64,000 bases of DNA from Azolla caroliniana (Eukaryota > Plantae > Polypodiophyta): positions 6,138,001-6,202,000 of the forward strand of contig JBHGNT010000003.1 of NCBI GenBank assembly GCA_043228905.1, written 5' to 3'. Positions 49,051 through 61,199 of the stretch are shown one piece after another. Position numbers and translations under genes: made by a program. The notes under the pieces are model-generated. The model was given only the letters and a program-made list of their open reading frames with translations, was not told the DNA's origin and did no database searches. Position 1 is the stretch's first letter, and each line of letters starts with the position of its first letter.

Positions 49051-49456
49051 TGTAATGTGACCCATCGAGACATTAACATTGGCAATTGCACCAAGGACTA
49101 AATGTTGTTTATCCCTCTCTTTGTCTCATACTTGTAAGCTGAGTTATGACAATTAAGTGCTATATAACCAAACCTTAGCCACTCCTTTCTATTGTTTGTG
49201 ATGTATGTATATGTATTGATTGAGGCGTGGTTATTATTTACACTTTTAATCTATGTGTTGGTGTTTGATAGTGTATACATATAATGTTAAGGCCTATCCG
49301 GGTATTAACTTCCAAGAGAGGTAAATGAGGGTTCGTGGGCTTAGGGTTAACGAAATTAGTGGTGTGAGAGTGCTTGATGACCACTCTCGTTTGGTTCACC
49401 ACCAGTAGGGCATATAACAGTCTAGAACTCTTAGCATACAATTTTGGTAAAGAGTG
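49051..49456 (+). mobile_element. Possible old LTR relic with degenerate PBS
   Basis: TGTAATG..GCATACA with internal CTATATAA, followed by ATTTTGGTAAAGAG (PBS-like). No TSD seen. Confidence 0.35.
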
Positions 49457-49879
49457 ATGACTCTATTGAAGCAAAGATGTGCATTGAATGCAATGCACGT
49501 CAATACAATACAAATTACAATCAAACACTGAAAACATTATTTTTATATGACAAGAGAACTAAGCATTGACAATGAAGTGAGCAATAAAAGATGTTGACAA
49601 ACATTTTACTAGATCACCACCAAATACATCAATTTTTTCTAGCAAAAGAGCTCTTGGAAGTTATATAATGAGCAAGAGAGCTCATTGTTAGACTTGTTGT
49701 TTGGGAATTCCAACTCCCAAGCTTCGATAAAGGGAGTGCGGAGTAGCAAAACAAGGGCAAATGGGAGGCCTACAATGGCCAAGCTGATGTGGTCATCAAT
49801 CATAAACTTGTCATACTAAACCTTGAGGATATCCTCCCAATACTCTTGTAACCTTAATCCTCCCTAAAATTCACTATCT

Positions 49880-52625
49880 TAATCTTAATCTTAGAAGAGC
49901 ATCATTTATCACAGAATAGGATGGCTAAAATTCGTAAATTCTTGAAGGGAAGGTGGTTTTATGATTGGATTCTAGCTAATGGACCAACTAGAATGCAAGG
50001 GGGGCTTGCTATTGCATGTTCTGAAAAATGGGCTTCTTTTATTGTAGACAAGGGTTTTTTACAGGGCGGTCATGCCCAATTTATAGTCTTAAAGCTATTA
50101 GAGAAAAAAGTTGGTTTCTTGAATGTTTATGCACTGAATTCAGCAAGGGGAAGGGCACAATTTTGGTGCCAATTGTGGAATGATCTCCATGTAATGGATC
50201 ATTGGTGCATTGTTGGGGACTTTAATATGATTGAAGAACCTTCTGATCGTATGGGTGGAAGCACATTTACAATCTCAGATGCTAAATTAGATGAGTGGGA
50301 AAATGTATGCTTTAAATTTAGCTTGCAAGACTTATGGTTTATGCAGTCTTTTGCAAGAAGGGTAGAGTCATTACAATTTTCTTGATCGAACAGGCAGGTA
50401 GCGGATGCCAACCTCTCTAGGATTGATAGATTTCATGTTGTCATGAAGATATCCGGCTACGGTGAGAAAACTAGATGGAATGGGCAAAGTCGTCGATGTG
50501 GAACATGTGCACATGTACATTAGGAAATGTATATAAAATAATAGGGGATATTTATCCCACATTGTAACGTCCTTCCCTCCTTTGACTATAAAATGAGGGA
50601 GGTGTCTCTTGTGAAGGAGTTGCCCATTTTGAGTTAGGAGGGTATATCACTTAGATCTAGGGTTTGGTAGTTCTCTCTTCTTCTTGTTTTCTTTAGGGTT
50701 TCATTTAGGTCTTCTTCTTCGTCGTCATGTGGGATGGGTTTCTCTTTTTGAGTGGAGTCTTGTCAGTTTCGTATACTAGGGTTCGATGTTTCCTTTTTGT
50801 TAGGGTTGCGTGGTTCTGAGTTCCTGTACTCCGAGAGTTTCTGTTCGTAGCTTTGTCTCTTGTGCAAGACCCCACTCGCATAGGCGAGCCCGAGTGCTCC
50901 CCAATTGGTGACAAACAATTGATGTGCTTCGGTAAGAAGGCCCCTCTTCAACACAAGGCTTCCACTTGCATAGGCAAGTCTGAGTGCTCCCCTACTAGAC
51001 CTTGCCCGTAGACGACTGTTGTATCTGTTCGGTATTGGATCGGCTCGAAACCGGTGTCGTAATTTGTTGTTTGTATATACATTTATATGTGGTTGTGCAT
51101 AAACCATGTCCTTATCAGTGTCGTGTGTGTTTTCGTTCTTCCCCTTTTCTGTATATAAGGGTGTGTGAAGAGCCGGTGTGCGTGCATGTGTTCTCCTTGC
51201 CCTCGATCTGGATCCGTTCGGACCGGTTGCTTCTGGAACGGTCCCAGTAGGTGCCACAGCTAGTACGACCGGCTCTGGAGAAATCGACCTTCTGGAATCC
51301 ATCTCTCCCCGGTCGAAGACCCCGGTGGTTCCGCCCATTCCGACACATGTGCGCAGAATTCCGTGACAACACGGATCAGTTTTTTGGGGATTTAGGTGGA
51401 TCTCTAGGGATAGTGTCGGGTACAAACTTTTCAGACCATGCACCAGTAAAGCTGACTATGAAATTGTGATTTGTTGTATTTCATGATCATGTTAAGATTC
51501 CAAAGTCGATTCTAAAGGATGATTCCATTATAGAGAGTGTTGCTTCCCTTTGGTCTAGTGTCTTTGCTCCTGATAAGTTATCTAAGGTTTTTGTGGTTTT
51601 ATTTCAGCTTAAGCAATTGCTTTTAGGTAAGGCTAAGGATAAGAAATTTTTTCTTATCTCTCGGTTGGCAAATGCAAGAAGAGGGTTGGCCTCAATGCAA
51701 TGCTTACAAGAAAGAGATATCAACGCAATTTATCTTGAAAACAACCTACGGAAGTTAAGAGATGAGATTTTTCTTATGCAATCTAAAATTGCTGATCTAA
51801 ATGGTCTAAAAAAGGGGACAAAATGTCTAGATTATTTTTTGATGTAGTTACTCCAAGACAACATAAATTTCAGATGGGTGCATTAAAGAGGGATGACAAT
51901 ACTCTCTCAACGGATCCAGATGAAATGCGAGAGTTAGCATCTCGGTATTATGAACAATTGTTGTCCGCTGATGAGGTGAGTCAAAATGTATTGGCAATGA
52001 GGCGTATAGTTTTCGATACAACAAAGCCATGTGTTACAGATCGAATGGTGCAAACTCTTTTATGCCCTTTTTCTTCTTCTGAGGTTCTGCAAGCATTAAA
52101 ATATTTGGGTTCCGAGGTTTACCCGGGAGATGATGGACTGATAAAAGATGTTTTCTTACAGTATTGGGACATTATAGTTGATGATTTAACTAGTGCTTCT
52201 CAGATAGTTTTTTATTCTCGTGCTATGCCAGAGGAATGGAAAGAGGGACTGATTTTTCTTATCCCTAAATTGGATGGAGCTTTGGAGGACATTAGGGCAT
52301 GGAGACCGATGACATTACTCAATACAATTTACAAAATTTATGCTAAGGTATTGGCATTGCATTTGCAACCTTTATTGCCTGATATTATTCATACTTCTCA
52401 TACAAGTTTCATGCAAGATAGGAGTATATTTAATAATATTTTTCTGTTTTGGGAGTTGTCCGCCTCAACTATGGCCAAGAAAGAGGATTTACTAATTTTA
52501 TTGTTAGATTTTGAAAAGGCCTATTATAGAATGAATTGGGATTTTTTAGAAGAGGCGATGAGAAGATTAGGGTTTCTAGAAGCATGGATTATTGTAGTGG
52601 CAACTTTGTGTAGATTAGCTTATAG
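49880..52625 (+). mobile_element. L1-clade LINE ORF2 relic (endonuclease and N-terminal RT), interrupted by a solo LTR and 3'-truncated
   Basis: LNVYALNS, WCIVGDFNMIE, SRIDRFHV | SDHAPV endonuclease motifs; PGDDGL, IPK..WRPMTLLNTIYKIYAK, LLDFEKAYYRMNW RT motifs. Confidence 0.92.
50439..51368 (+). mobile_element. Solo LTR (~930 bp) inserted in the L1 endonuclease
   Basis: TGTCATG..CGTGACA inverted termini, TATA CTATAAAA near 50586. The L1 frame RIDRFHV resumes DQFFGDLGG immediately after. Confidence 0.85.
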
Positions 52626-52820
52626 TTTTTTTTTTCAAAAAAACATATTCTTCATTAATAGAAATTCTACATCCATGACAAAATGATTAGACTTACAACC
52701 ATATAAAGGTTGTAGCCGTGGTAGACCAATAAAAACTACAGAGACTCAGAGTATAAAACTACAAAGACCGGTGAACACCTACAAGAATGTTCTTTCCATC
52801 ACCTCTGATCATTGGCTTAA
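52626..52820 (-). mobile_element. 3' tail of an antisense retroposon (L1-like 3'UTR plus poly-A)
   Basis: T-run 52626-52635; minus strand reads ..CTATTAATGAAGAATATGTTTTTTTGAAAAAAAAAA. It truncates the L1 RT. Confidence 0.6.
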
Positions 52821-52829
52821 ACACTGAAC

Positions 52830-54012
52830 TGTAATGAGGACATTTCAGGAGACTATCTTTCGAAATGGACGCATATCCAACCATTCATGTACTTTCTCTA
52901 AGAGTCCACCCTTAGCATATAGATGAAGCAATGCATTTCCAACAACCTGGTTTCTCTTCAGCCTACCCATCTCCAGCATATCCTATAATGAGAACATTGC
53001 AGGAGACTATCTTTCGAATTGGAAGCATATCAAATAGTTCATGTACTTTCTCTAAGACTCCACACTTAGCCTATAGATGAAACAATGCATTTCCAACAAC
53101 CTGGTTTCTCTTCAACCTGGCCATCTCCTCAAACTTTACATGCATTTCTCTGCCCTTTTCTATACAAATGTGACATAAACTTCAACCTGGATTTGAATTG
53201 GAAGCATATCCTGTAATGAGAACATTGCATGAGACTATCTTTCCAACTTTCACTTGATCTATCCTACCACCTTTTGAATCCATATCCATTAAATAAAATG
53301 TGTTGGGAAGTTGGTCCCTCCGGATGGGATCCAGTTATGAATGAAGAGAGCCCGGTGAGAACCGGAAGAGATCCGAAAACCGGATCGGATGGACCCGGAA
53401 GAGATCCGGTAACCATATCGGATGGACCCGGTGAGAACCAAAACAAAAGACATATATTGTAAATATGTTTTGAGTAAGCCTATTAAGGCTATATTTGTAA
53501 ATAGCCCTAAGTTCATATGAGTATAAATATGATCTAGGGCAATCACAGTAGTGTTGTCATAGTGTTGCATAGAGAGCAAGAGAGTAGATACAGAGTGATA
53601 CTTTATTGTAACTGCCGCTTGGCGAAGATACACAGCTCGAGGTTGTTGCCTTTGAGTCTCTGATTGTACCTTTCTCATATAGTGATGGTTTGGAGTCTGT
53701 GGACTCCCATGGTTTTTCCCTATTAGGGTTTTCCACGTAAACATCTTGTGTACTCTCTATTGTTCGTGTGTGTATGTGTACTTATCTCCCTACTTCCCAT
53801 TTCTATGTTTGATTCTCATTGAAGTGATTCAAGACTCGGTTCTGGCCGAGCAATATTCCGCGCTATTTCCTTCAAAAAGCATTACTTGTGCATGTATTTG
53901 TTGGCCATTTTCCACAACTTTCAGTTTAGCACAAGCTTTCGGAAGCATAGAAACAACATAATTGGTAGGTGTTGCATATTATGTACAAACCAAACTTTCC
54001 TTGCTACCTTAC
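52830..54012 (-). pseudogene. PLS-class PPR pseudogene fragments, split by a solo LTR and the chromovirus; may continue at 61067-61177
   Basis: Minus-strand translations NQVVGNALLHLYAKGGLLEKVHEWLDMRPFRKIVS*NVLIT (duplicated), KIVSCNVLITGYAS, and VVSMLPKACAKLKVVENGQQIHAQV. Confidence 0.85.
53301..53874 (+). mobile_element. Solo LTR of a Copia family related to the LTR at 9440-10220
   Basis: TGTTGGGA..GGTCCCTCCG start and GGTTTTCCACGTAAAC motif shared with the 9440-10220 LTR; ends TTCA; near-TSD AAATG/AAAAG. Confidence 0.85.
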
Positions 54013-54738
54013 TGTTATGTACACATAACGTTGGTGAGGGTAGGTCACTAATATTTACATTAGTGAAGGGTATGTTCACTATTATTAAAAAGGGGACTAA
54101 TGATTGGATAGAATGAATGATATGTGCATGCACTATCATGATTTAGACAACCAATGAATAGAGAGCCTTTTAGAAAGGCACATCTATTCAAGGGGCCTAG
54201 GAAAAGGTATAAATATGAGGCTTAGCTACCCTCATAGAGATCATCACGTCGGAAGGCTGCTGTCGTAGACACCGGTGGTGCGGGCTAGGATTTCGTCTCG
54301 ACGATCGTGTTTATCTCTTCCAAGGTATTAGTCATCCTAATATCCGGCGGTATGGGACGTCGGTGGTAGGTTGGCTATGTCTAGATCATAGCTCGGGGGT
54401 GGTCGGGTGGAACGGGTTCTTCTATCCAATCTATTTTCTTCCTTTTTACTTGATTTGGTCTATTGATTAGTAATAGACTCTTAACAGTGGTATCAGAGCT
54501 TTTACTAACAATTTTTTTGTTGTTTTGATGTTATTTGCGTGTGAGCGAGGGGGATCTAACAAGGCTCGTCATGCTCTTCTCAGGATCAAAACAACACTCT
54601 AAACCCGATATTCTTCTTTTTTGATCTCTTCTCTTTTTCTATTATGCGTTCTTTATGGTCGAATCAAATTGGTATTACGTTTTATTCTCTTTCTTTCTAC
54701 CTCCTACTACGCTACGATTTTACTTATTATTATGCATC

Positions 54739-55250
54739 GGGCCGAGCGTGTTTGCACTAATCGCACACGCTCAACTCATGGCCTTTTGCATATTGCGATA
54801 TATATCCCACACTCTCCTCTCTTGAACTCTTACGATAATAATTATTCTTGTGCATTGGGTCGAGCGTGTTTGCTCTAATCGCACATGCTTATCTCATGGC
54901 CGTGTTGCATATGATGTTGAGTATACCACTCTTCCCCTCTATTGAGCCATCACTTGGCCGATTCTAAGGGATGATGTGGCCTTGACGAGGTGTATGTTGC
55001 CTACCTATGCCACTCTACTCTCTATTAAGCCATCAATTGGCCGATTCTATGGGATGTTGTGGCCTTGACAAGGTATATGTAGCTTACATATGCCACTTTC
55101 CTTTTTAATTAGCCATCAATTGGCCGATTCTAAGGGATGATGTGGCCTTGACGAGGTATATGTCACTTACCTATGCCACTTTCCTCTTTAATTAGCCATT
55201 ACTTGGCCGATTCTAGGGATATGTGGTGGTCTTGAGGAGGTGCATGTCAA
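54739..55250 (+). repeat. Tandem repeats in chromovirus leader: 2 x ~118 bp then ~4 x 83 bp
   Basis: GAGCGTGTTTGC.CTAATCGCACA units at about 54745 and 54862; GCCATCA.TTGGCCGATTCTA.GGGATG.TGTGGCCTTGAC.AGG units from about 54945. Confidence 0.9.
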
Positions 55251-56182
55251 CTACCCTAGGGTTTCGTATCTTAGGGCATGTTTGATTCCATACACCTAAT
55301 TGTTGATTATTCTAATTAAATTTTAATTTCATAAGTATTGTTTCACTTATAGGATTTTCTAGTAATTATTATTTACCCGCCCACAATTAACTCTCCTTTT
55401 TCCACTTCCTTTTCATGTATAAAGTATTTACATCGTTTATTTTAATGTAACCTTTACGTGTAGACTAATTTTTCGTATGGAGTGGCTTGTTGAACGATTT
55501 TTTTTTTCAACGAGTCATCTAGGTTTAACTCTTATCATCAAGCCTTAGAAAACGAGTAAAACCATATGAGTTCCCTTATTGATGTTTTACTCATGGATTG
55601 AGTATTACATCTTTGCGCACAACACCGTCATCACTTGTATCAATTTGTGGCTTATGTCACAATTGTGCAAGTTATAACAATCATATTGGGATGTATATGT
55701 GCATACCTTGCACTTCCCATTTATTTGTGACATTGTTTTTTTCGTAGGTAACACATGGGTTCTTTTTTTTTACCCTTGTTTTCGTCACTACTTAACTCTT
55801 ATGAGTAGTGCCTTATTTTATCATTTTATCATCACGTTTGCTTATTGCTCGACCATATAATACATGATGGGTTGGCATTAATATAAGGCTATCTAGGAAA
55901 TTTCATTGATGTAAGAACCATGGTTGAGCCTCGGGGAGCCGCCATGATTACTCAAGATCAAGATCCGAGAAATACATCTTAGCTATGTTTTCCCCCATGG
56001 TTTTTAAAACACCATAGTGTTACCATAGTTATCGGATCTCGAATCACATCTCATATGTCTAGAGGGGTAAAGACATGAGATACTTTCTTGGATAAAGTTC
56101 TTTCAATCAAAATTTCAAGCATTCATTTTGCTTGGGTATTTTCTGAACCTCCTTATTTTATTGCATACCCACAGCGTGCATC

Positions 56183-59100
56183 ATGGAACAAGTTTTGAAC
56201 GCAGTTGGAACGATCTCTCCAAATGAGACCTCTCAACCCCAATCCGCATCTCGCACACAAGCTGAGATCACTATTGAGCAATTGCTCACTACTACCTTGA
56301 ATCAATTGGCCGAAATGAGACAGGCCAATATGGCATTGGAAAAGAAATTCCAAGAATTAACTATTGAGTCCAAGAAAGAAGGTGAACCGTCCTTCGTAGT
56401 CACGCCTTTCAAGGGAGATAAGAAAGAAAGAACCGAGGAGGCTATTAGCACTTGGCTTGGTCGTTGGGAGTCTCACTTTGAGCTTCATCCCAAGCCCGAT
56501 GCAGTAAAAATTGGTTATGTCGGTCGTGAGTTAGGTGGCCGAGCTGCTGCTTGGTGGCGTGGCCTAAGGACTGCAAAAAACTTACCCACAACTTGGGAAG
56601 GTTTCGTTGATGTTTTTAAGAAACAATTCTTGCAGCCACCTTCTCAAACCGAACAAGCGCAACACTTGCTCACGTTGTCTAGTAAGCCATTTACCTCTCT
56701 CGAGGATTATGTGCATCACGTTCGGACCCAGATCCAAAAATCGGGACTTACGGGTGAGAAATGGTTTGTCGCTTGTTTTTTGAATGGTATTCCCAATGGG
56801 GATTATCATTGGATTGTCCATGACAAGGACCCCACAACTTTCGAGGAAGCCGTCAACATTGTGCTGCGATACCATAGGACTTCCAAGAAAGACCACAATA
56901 AACCTGAGTTCGCCAAAACTCCGAATGTCAAGTTCATTGGGAAACGTAAGCAATCCAGTGACACTCTTGACCGCGACTCAAAGAAACCGAACCTCTTCTG
57001 TGCATATTGCAAGAAGCGGGGCCACACAAAGGATACCTGTCGTCATCTTGAGAGGAAGTCAATGAACACCCCTCCTCAAGACAAATCTACGAGTCACACA
57101 GGTGAGTCTTTTGATATTGTTGAAGTTCATACCAATCACTTAAGTTTATGTGAATGCACTTTTCCTTCACATTTACTTGGACCTAATGATTTACTCCGAG
57201 CAGTCGGATATATCAATGGAACACAAGCACATTTCTTGTTTGATTCCGGTAGTTCTCACAATTTTCTTAATGATCACTTTGTGCAGCAAATGGAGCTCCA
57301 CATAAACGCAAGTGATCATATCTATCAAGTTCACATGGCAAATGGAAACGTTCAATACATCAGTGGCATTGTTTGTCAACTGCCAATTCAAATAGATACT
57401 TATTTGGAGAAGCTTGACTTTCATGTTATGAAATTACAATCCGCAGATGTCATTTTAGGATATCCTTGGTTTTTTAATAAAAACCCTTCTTTGTCCATTG
57501 ATTGGGTTAATCACTCAATCACATTTGAACTTAATAATTGTAAACATTTTATTCAATGTTCCAAACTTCCTTCTCATTCACTTGTGTCTTCTAAATCTTT
57601 AAGTGAGTATTCTAGTTCATTAATTTATTCGTGTGTAATTGATCCTGCGGTTCAATTTTATTATTTTAATATTGACGCCACACAATTACCACATTTTGAG
57701 CAACGATTACTCGACTCTATTTTAGAGGATTTTCAAGATGTGTTTCCTACTGAATTACCGCTTACTTTACCACCTAAACGTAATGTGGACCATCAAATTG
57801 AACTCATCCCTGGGGCTGCTCCTGTGAGCATTCCACCTTACCGACTTAGTCGATTAGAAGAGGATGAGATCGCTAAACAACTTAAGGAATACTTGAGTAT
57901 GGGCCACATTAGGTATAGTAAATCACCTTGGGGTGTGCCAGTTCTATTAGTCAAGAAGAAGGAAGGTTCGTGGCGAATGTGTATCAATTATCGCCGTTTG
58001 AATAAAATGACAATTAAGAATGCATATCCATTACCTCGTGCCGATGATTTGATTGATCGTTTGCACGGGGCTCGATATTTTACGAAAATTGACTTACGAA
58101 CTGGTTATCATCAGATTCGCATCGCCGAGGATGATATTCCTAAAACCGCTTTTCATACGCGCTATGGCCATTATGAGTTTTTAGTCATGCCATTTGGGTT
58201 GACTAATGCTCCAACCACATTCCAACAAGCGATGAATGATGTTTTCCGAGATCAACTCGGTGATTTTGTTGTCGTCTTCTTGGATGATATTTTGATATAT
58301 AGCCGTACCTTGCAAGATCATGTTCAACATGTTCGATTTGTTTTGCGAAAGTTGCGTGACAACTCTTTCTATGCAAAACATTCAAAATGTGACTTCTTCC
58401 AAAAATCTATTGTGTACCTAGGTCATTTAATTACAGAAAATGGCGTTGAAATTGAACCTTCTCGTATTGAAAAGGTTAAACTTTGGCCCATTCCTCGTAA
58501 TATTCGTGAACTTAGATCATTCTTAGGGTTTGTTGGATTTTTACGAAAATCAATTCGTAACTATTCCAAATTGACTACGCCATTAACTAACCTTTTAAAA
58601 GGTCATCCACGTAAGTCTGTCAAACCAATTTCATGGAATGAACAACTTGACAAATCATTTGAGACACTCAAGGAGCATGTGTGTCAGGCTCCCACTCTTC
58701 TATTACCAGACCCTTCTAAGCCTTTCTCAATTGAAACCGATGCTAGTGATTATGCTATTGGTGTCGTTCTTTATCAAGGTGGTCACCCTATTGCTTTTGA
58801 AAGTAAGAAGCTTGATGTTGCTCAATCTCGGTATTCGGTTCAAGAGAAAGAGTTGTTTGCGGTGATACACGCACTTAAAACATGGAGGCACTATCTCTAT
58901 GGAAATAAATTTGTGGTTACAACAGACCATCAATCATTAAAGTATTTTTGTGACCAGCCCGATCTTGTTGGTCGTAAAGGCCATTGGGCTGACCTTATGC
59001 AAGATTTTGATTTTTCCATACGATATCGCAAGGGTTCTATGAACACCGTTGCTGATGCTCTTAGTCGCATTAAAGAAGTTAACATGCTTAGCTTCACGGA

Positions 59101-60580
59101 AATAAAATCGGATCTTTTAGATCACCTTCGAGGGAAATACCTTGATGACAGTTATTTCTCAAAATACTGGACGAAAGCCGAATCTGGTTTAGATGCCGAT
59201 ACTAGCACCCTACCCTCGAAGGCGACCTTTCACATTACAAACGGTTTGCTCTACCGTAGTGGAAAGGTCTGTGTTCCAGATTTACCAAATGTTAAACAGA
59301 AAATTTTTCATGAATGTCATGATGCACCATCTGCTGGTCATCCTGGAATACAACGCACACTCGTTCTCATCTCGTGTACTTTTTTCTGGCCTAAGATGCG
59401 CTCTGACGTGCATAAATACGTAACTCAATGCTTACAATGTCAGATTAATAAGTCGGAACGACTTAAAGCTGCTGGTCTTTTACATCCCTTAGATATTCCC
59501 AACAATAAATGGGAAAGTATCTCGATGGATTTTATTGTTAGTTTACCTCGTACACAGAGGGGTCATGATGCCATATGGGTTGTCGTTGACAGGCTAACAA
59601 AATTAGCTAGATTTATTCCTACAAAAACCACGGTAACCGCTCAACAGTTGGCTTATCAATTTGTTGATGAGTTATTTCGTTTTTATGGATTACCGATGGA
59701 TATTGTTAGTGATCGAGATTCCAAGTTTACTAGTGACTTTTGGACTCGGGTCTTTAAGAAACTAGAAACTACGTTGAGCATGAGTTCCGCAGATCATCCT
59801 CAGTCTGATGGACAAACTGAACGAGTTAATCAAATTATTGAGGACATGCTTCGAGCTTATGTAGCAAAAACCCCTTCTAAGTGGGAGCAATACCTTCCTA
59901 TCTTAGAATTTGCCTATAATAGCTCTAAACATACATCCACTGGATATAGTCCTTTTATGTTGATGTATGGTTTTCAGCCACGTGCCCCAGTTGATGTCAC
60001 GATTCATCGTGATACATTAGACAGTACACGCAATTTTTTGCAAGACATGAACCAAATGTTGCATATTGCCAAAGAAAATGTCAAGACAGCTCAAGATCGT
60101 GCTCGATTTTATGCTGATCAGGATAGACGTCCTCGTGCATTTACTATTGGTCAAAAAGTTTTTTTGCGTGTCCCGACTGATTCTACGTCATTATCTACGG
60201 GCAAGTGCGCTAAGTTAGCCCCACGATATTGTGGCCCATTTGAAATCCTTAAGCGAGTTGGGTCATCTGCTTATCACCTTGCCTTACCTCGTAACGTTGG
60301 TATTCATCCTGTTTTTCACGTCAGTCGTCTAAAACCATTTTTAGGCTCTGGTGATAACACCATCACAATCCAAGATCTTGTAACATTAGAGGATTTTTCT
60401 TACAAACCTCATGTTCCTGAACGAATTCTTGATTCTCGTAATAACGTTTACGTTCTAAAGAGATTCGGCTATTCAAGATCAAATGGATGGATAAACCTAT
60501 TGATGATGCCACATGGGAACGCGAGCATTCGCTTAAGGCACAATTTCCTCACTTTATATTGCAAGAGTGCAATCTTTTGA
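56183..60580 (+). CDS. Gypsy gag-pol polyprotein (Gag, Zn-knuckle, protease, RT, RNase H, integrase); chromodomain frameshifted near 60440
   Basis: CAYCKKRGHTKDTC, LFDSGSSHNF, KIDLRTGYHQ, FLDDILIYS, ETDASDYAIG, integrase HHCC zinc finger, SMDF/SDRD/QTERVN, GPF motif. The alternative frame gives RLRSKEIRLFKIKWMDKPIDDATWEREH. Confidence 0.95.
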   Translation: MEQVLNAVGTISPNETSQPQSASRTQAEITIEQLLTTTLNQLAEMRQANMALEKKFQELTIESKKEGEPSFVVTPFKGDKKERTEEAISTWLGRWESHFELHPKPDAVKIGYVGRELGGRAAAWWRGLRTAKNLPTTWEGFVDVFKKQFLQPPSQTEQAQHLLTLSSKPFTSLEDYVHHVRTQIQKSGLTGEKWFVACFLNGIPNGDYHWIVHDKDPTTFEEAVNIVLRYHRTSKKDHNKPEFAKTPNVKFIGKRKQSSDTLDRDSKKPNLFCAYCKKRGHTKDTCRHLERKSMNTPPQDKSTSHTGESFDIVEVHTNHLSLCECTFPSHLLGPNDLLRAVGYINGTQAHFLFDSGSSHNFLNDHFVQQMELHINASDHIYQVHMANGNVQYISGIVCQLPIQIDTYLEKLDFHVMKLQSADVILGYPWFFNKNPSLSIDWVNHSITFELNNCKHFIQCSKLPSHSLVSSKSLSEYSSSLIYSCVIDPAVQFYYFNIDATQLPHFEQRLLDSILEDFQDVFPTELPLTLPPKRNVDHQIELIPGAAPVSIPPYRLSRLEEDEIAKQLKEYLSMGHIRYSKSPWGVPVLLVKKKEGSWRMCINYRRLNKMTIKNAYPLPRADDLIDRLHGARYFTKIDLRTGYHQIRIAEDDIPKTAFHTRYGHYEFLVMPFGLTNAPTTFQQAMNDVFRDQLGDFVVVFLDDILIYSRTLQDHVQHVRFVLRKLRDNSFYAKHSKCDFFQKSIVYLGHLITENGVEIEPSRIEKVKLWPIPRNIRELRSFLGFVGFLRKSIRNYSKLTTPLTNLLKGHPRKSVKPISWNEQLDKSFETLKEHVCQAPTLLLPDPSKPFSIETDASDYAIGVVLYQGGHPIAFESKKLDVAQSRYSVQEKELFAVIHALKTWRHYLYGNKFVVTTDHQSLKYFCDQPDLVGRKGHWADLMQDFDFSIRYRKGSMNTVADALSRIKEVNMLSFTEIKSDLLDHLRGKYLDDSYFSKYWTKAESGLDADTSTLPSKATFHITNGLLYRSGKVCVPDLPNVKQKIFHECHDAPSAGHPGIQRTLVLISCTFFWPKMRSDVHKYVTQCLQCQINKSERLKAAGLLHPLDIPNNKWESISMDFIVSLPRTQRGHDAIWVVVDRLTKLARFIPTKTTVTAQQLAYQFVDELFRFYGLPMDIVSDRDSKFTSDFWTRVFKKLETTLSMSSADHPQSDGQTERVNQIIEDMLRAYVAKTPSKWEQYLPILEFAYNSSKHTSTGYSPFMLMYGFQPRAPVDVTIHRDTLDSTRNFLQDMNQMLHIAKENVKTAQDRARFYADQDRRPRAFTIGQKVFLRVPTDSTSLSTGKCAKLAPRYCGPFEILKRVGSSAYHLALPRNVGIHPVFHVSRLKPFLGSGDNTITIQDLVTLEDFSYKPHVPERILDSRNNVYVLKRFGYSRSNGWINLLMMPHGNASIRLRHNFLTLYCKSAIF

Positions 60581-61199
60581 AGTAGGGGAGTATGTTATGT
60601 ACACATAACGTTGGTGAGGGTAGGTCACTAATATTTACATTAGTGAAGGGTATGTTCACTATTATTAAAAAGGGGACTAATGATTGGATAGAATGAATGA
60701 TATGTGCATGCACTATCATGATTTAGACAACCAATGAATAGAGAGCCTTTTAGAAAGGCACATCTATTCAAGGGGCCTAGGAAAAGGTATAAATATGAGG
60801 CTTAGCTACCCTCATAGAGATCATCACGTCGGAAGGCTGCTGTCGTAGACACCGGTGGTGCGGGCTAGGATTTCGTCTCGACGATCGTGTTTATCTCTTC
60901 CAAGGTATTAGTCATCCTAATATCCGGCGGTATGGGACGTCGGTGGTAGGTTGGCTATGTCTAGATCATAGCTCGGGGGTGGTCGGGTGGAACGGGTTCT
61001 TCTATCCAATCTATTTTCTTCCTTTTTACTTGATTTGGTCTATTGATTAGTAATAGACTCTTAACACTTACAATTGTTTCCTTCAACATGTGTGTACTTG
61101 CATTCCATTGAAATTCTGAATCGCAGACTTTTGGATATAATAATTCGAAATATACTTCGTGGAATATAACAAACACCTGCAAAAGAAAATGCTTCTACT

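Larger units (their letters stand above)
54013..61066 (+). mobile_element. Very recent full-length Ty3/Gypsy chromovirus; LTRs 54013-54486 and 60593-61066
   Basis: 474 bp LTRs with no difference seen, perfect TSD CTTAC, PBS TGGTATCAGAGC at 54488, PPT GAAGTAGGGGAG. Confidence 0.98.

Noticed and set aside
50763-51443. 226 aa minus-strand ORF
   Set aside because: Spans the solo LTR/L1 junction; GC-rich LTR sequence with no recognisable domain.
54945-55250. Hammerhead ribozyme (retrozyme-like) repeats
   Set aside because: Contains TTGACGAG but not the CUGANGA..GAAA core with flanking stems on either strand.
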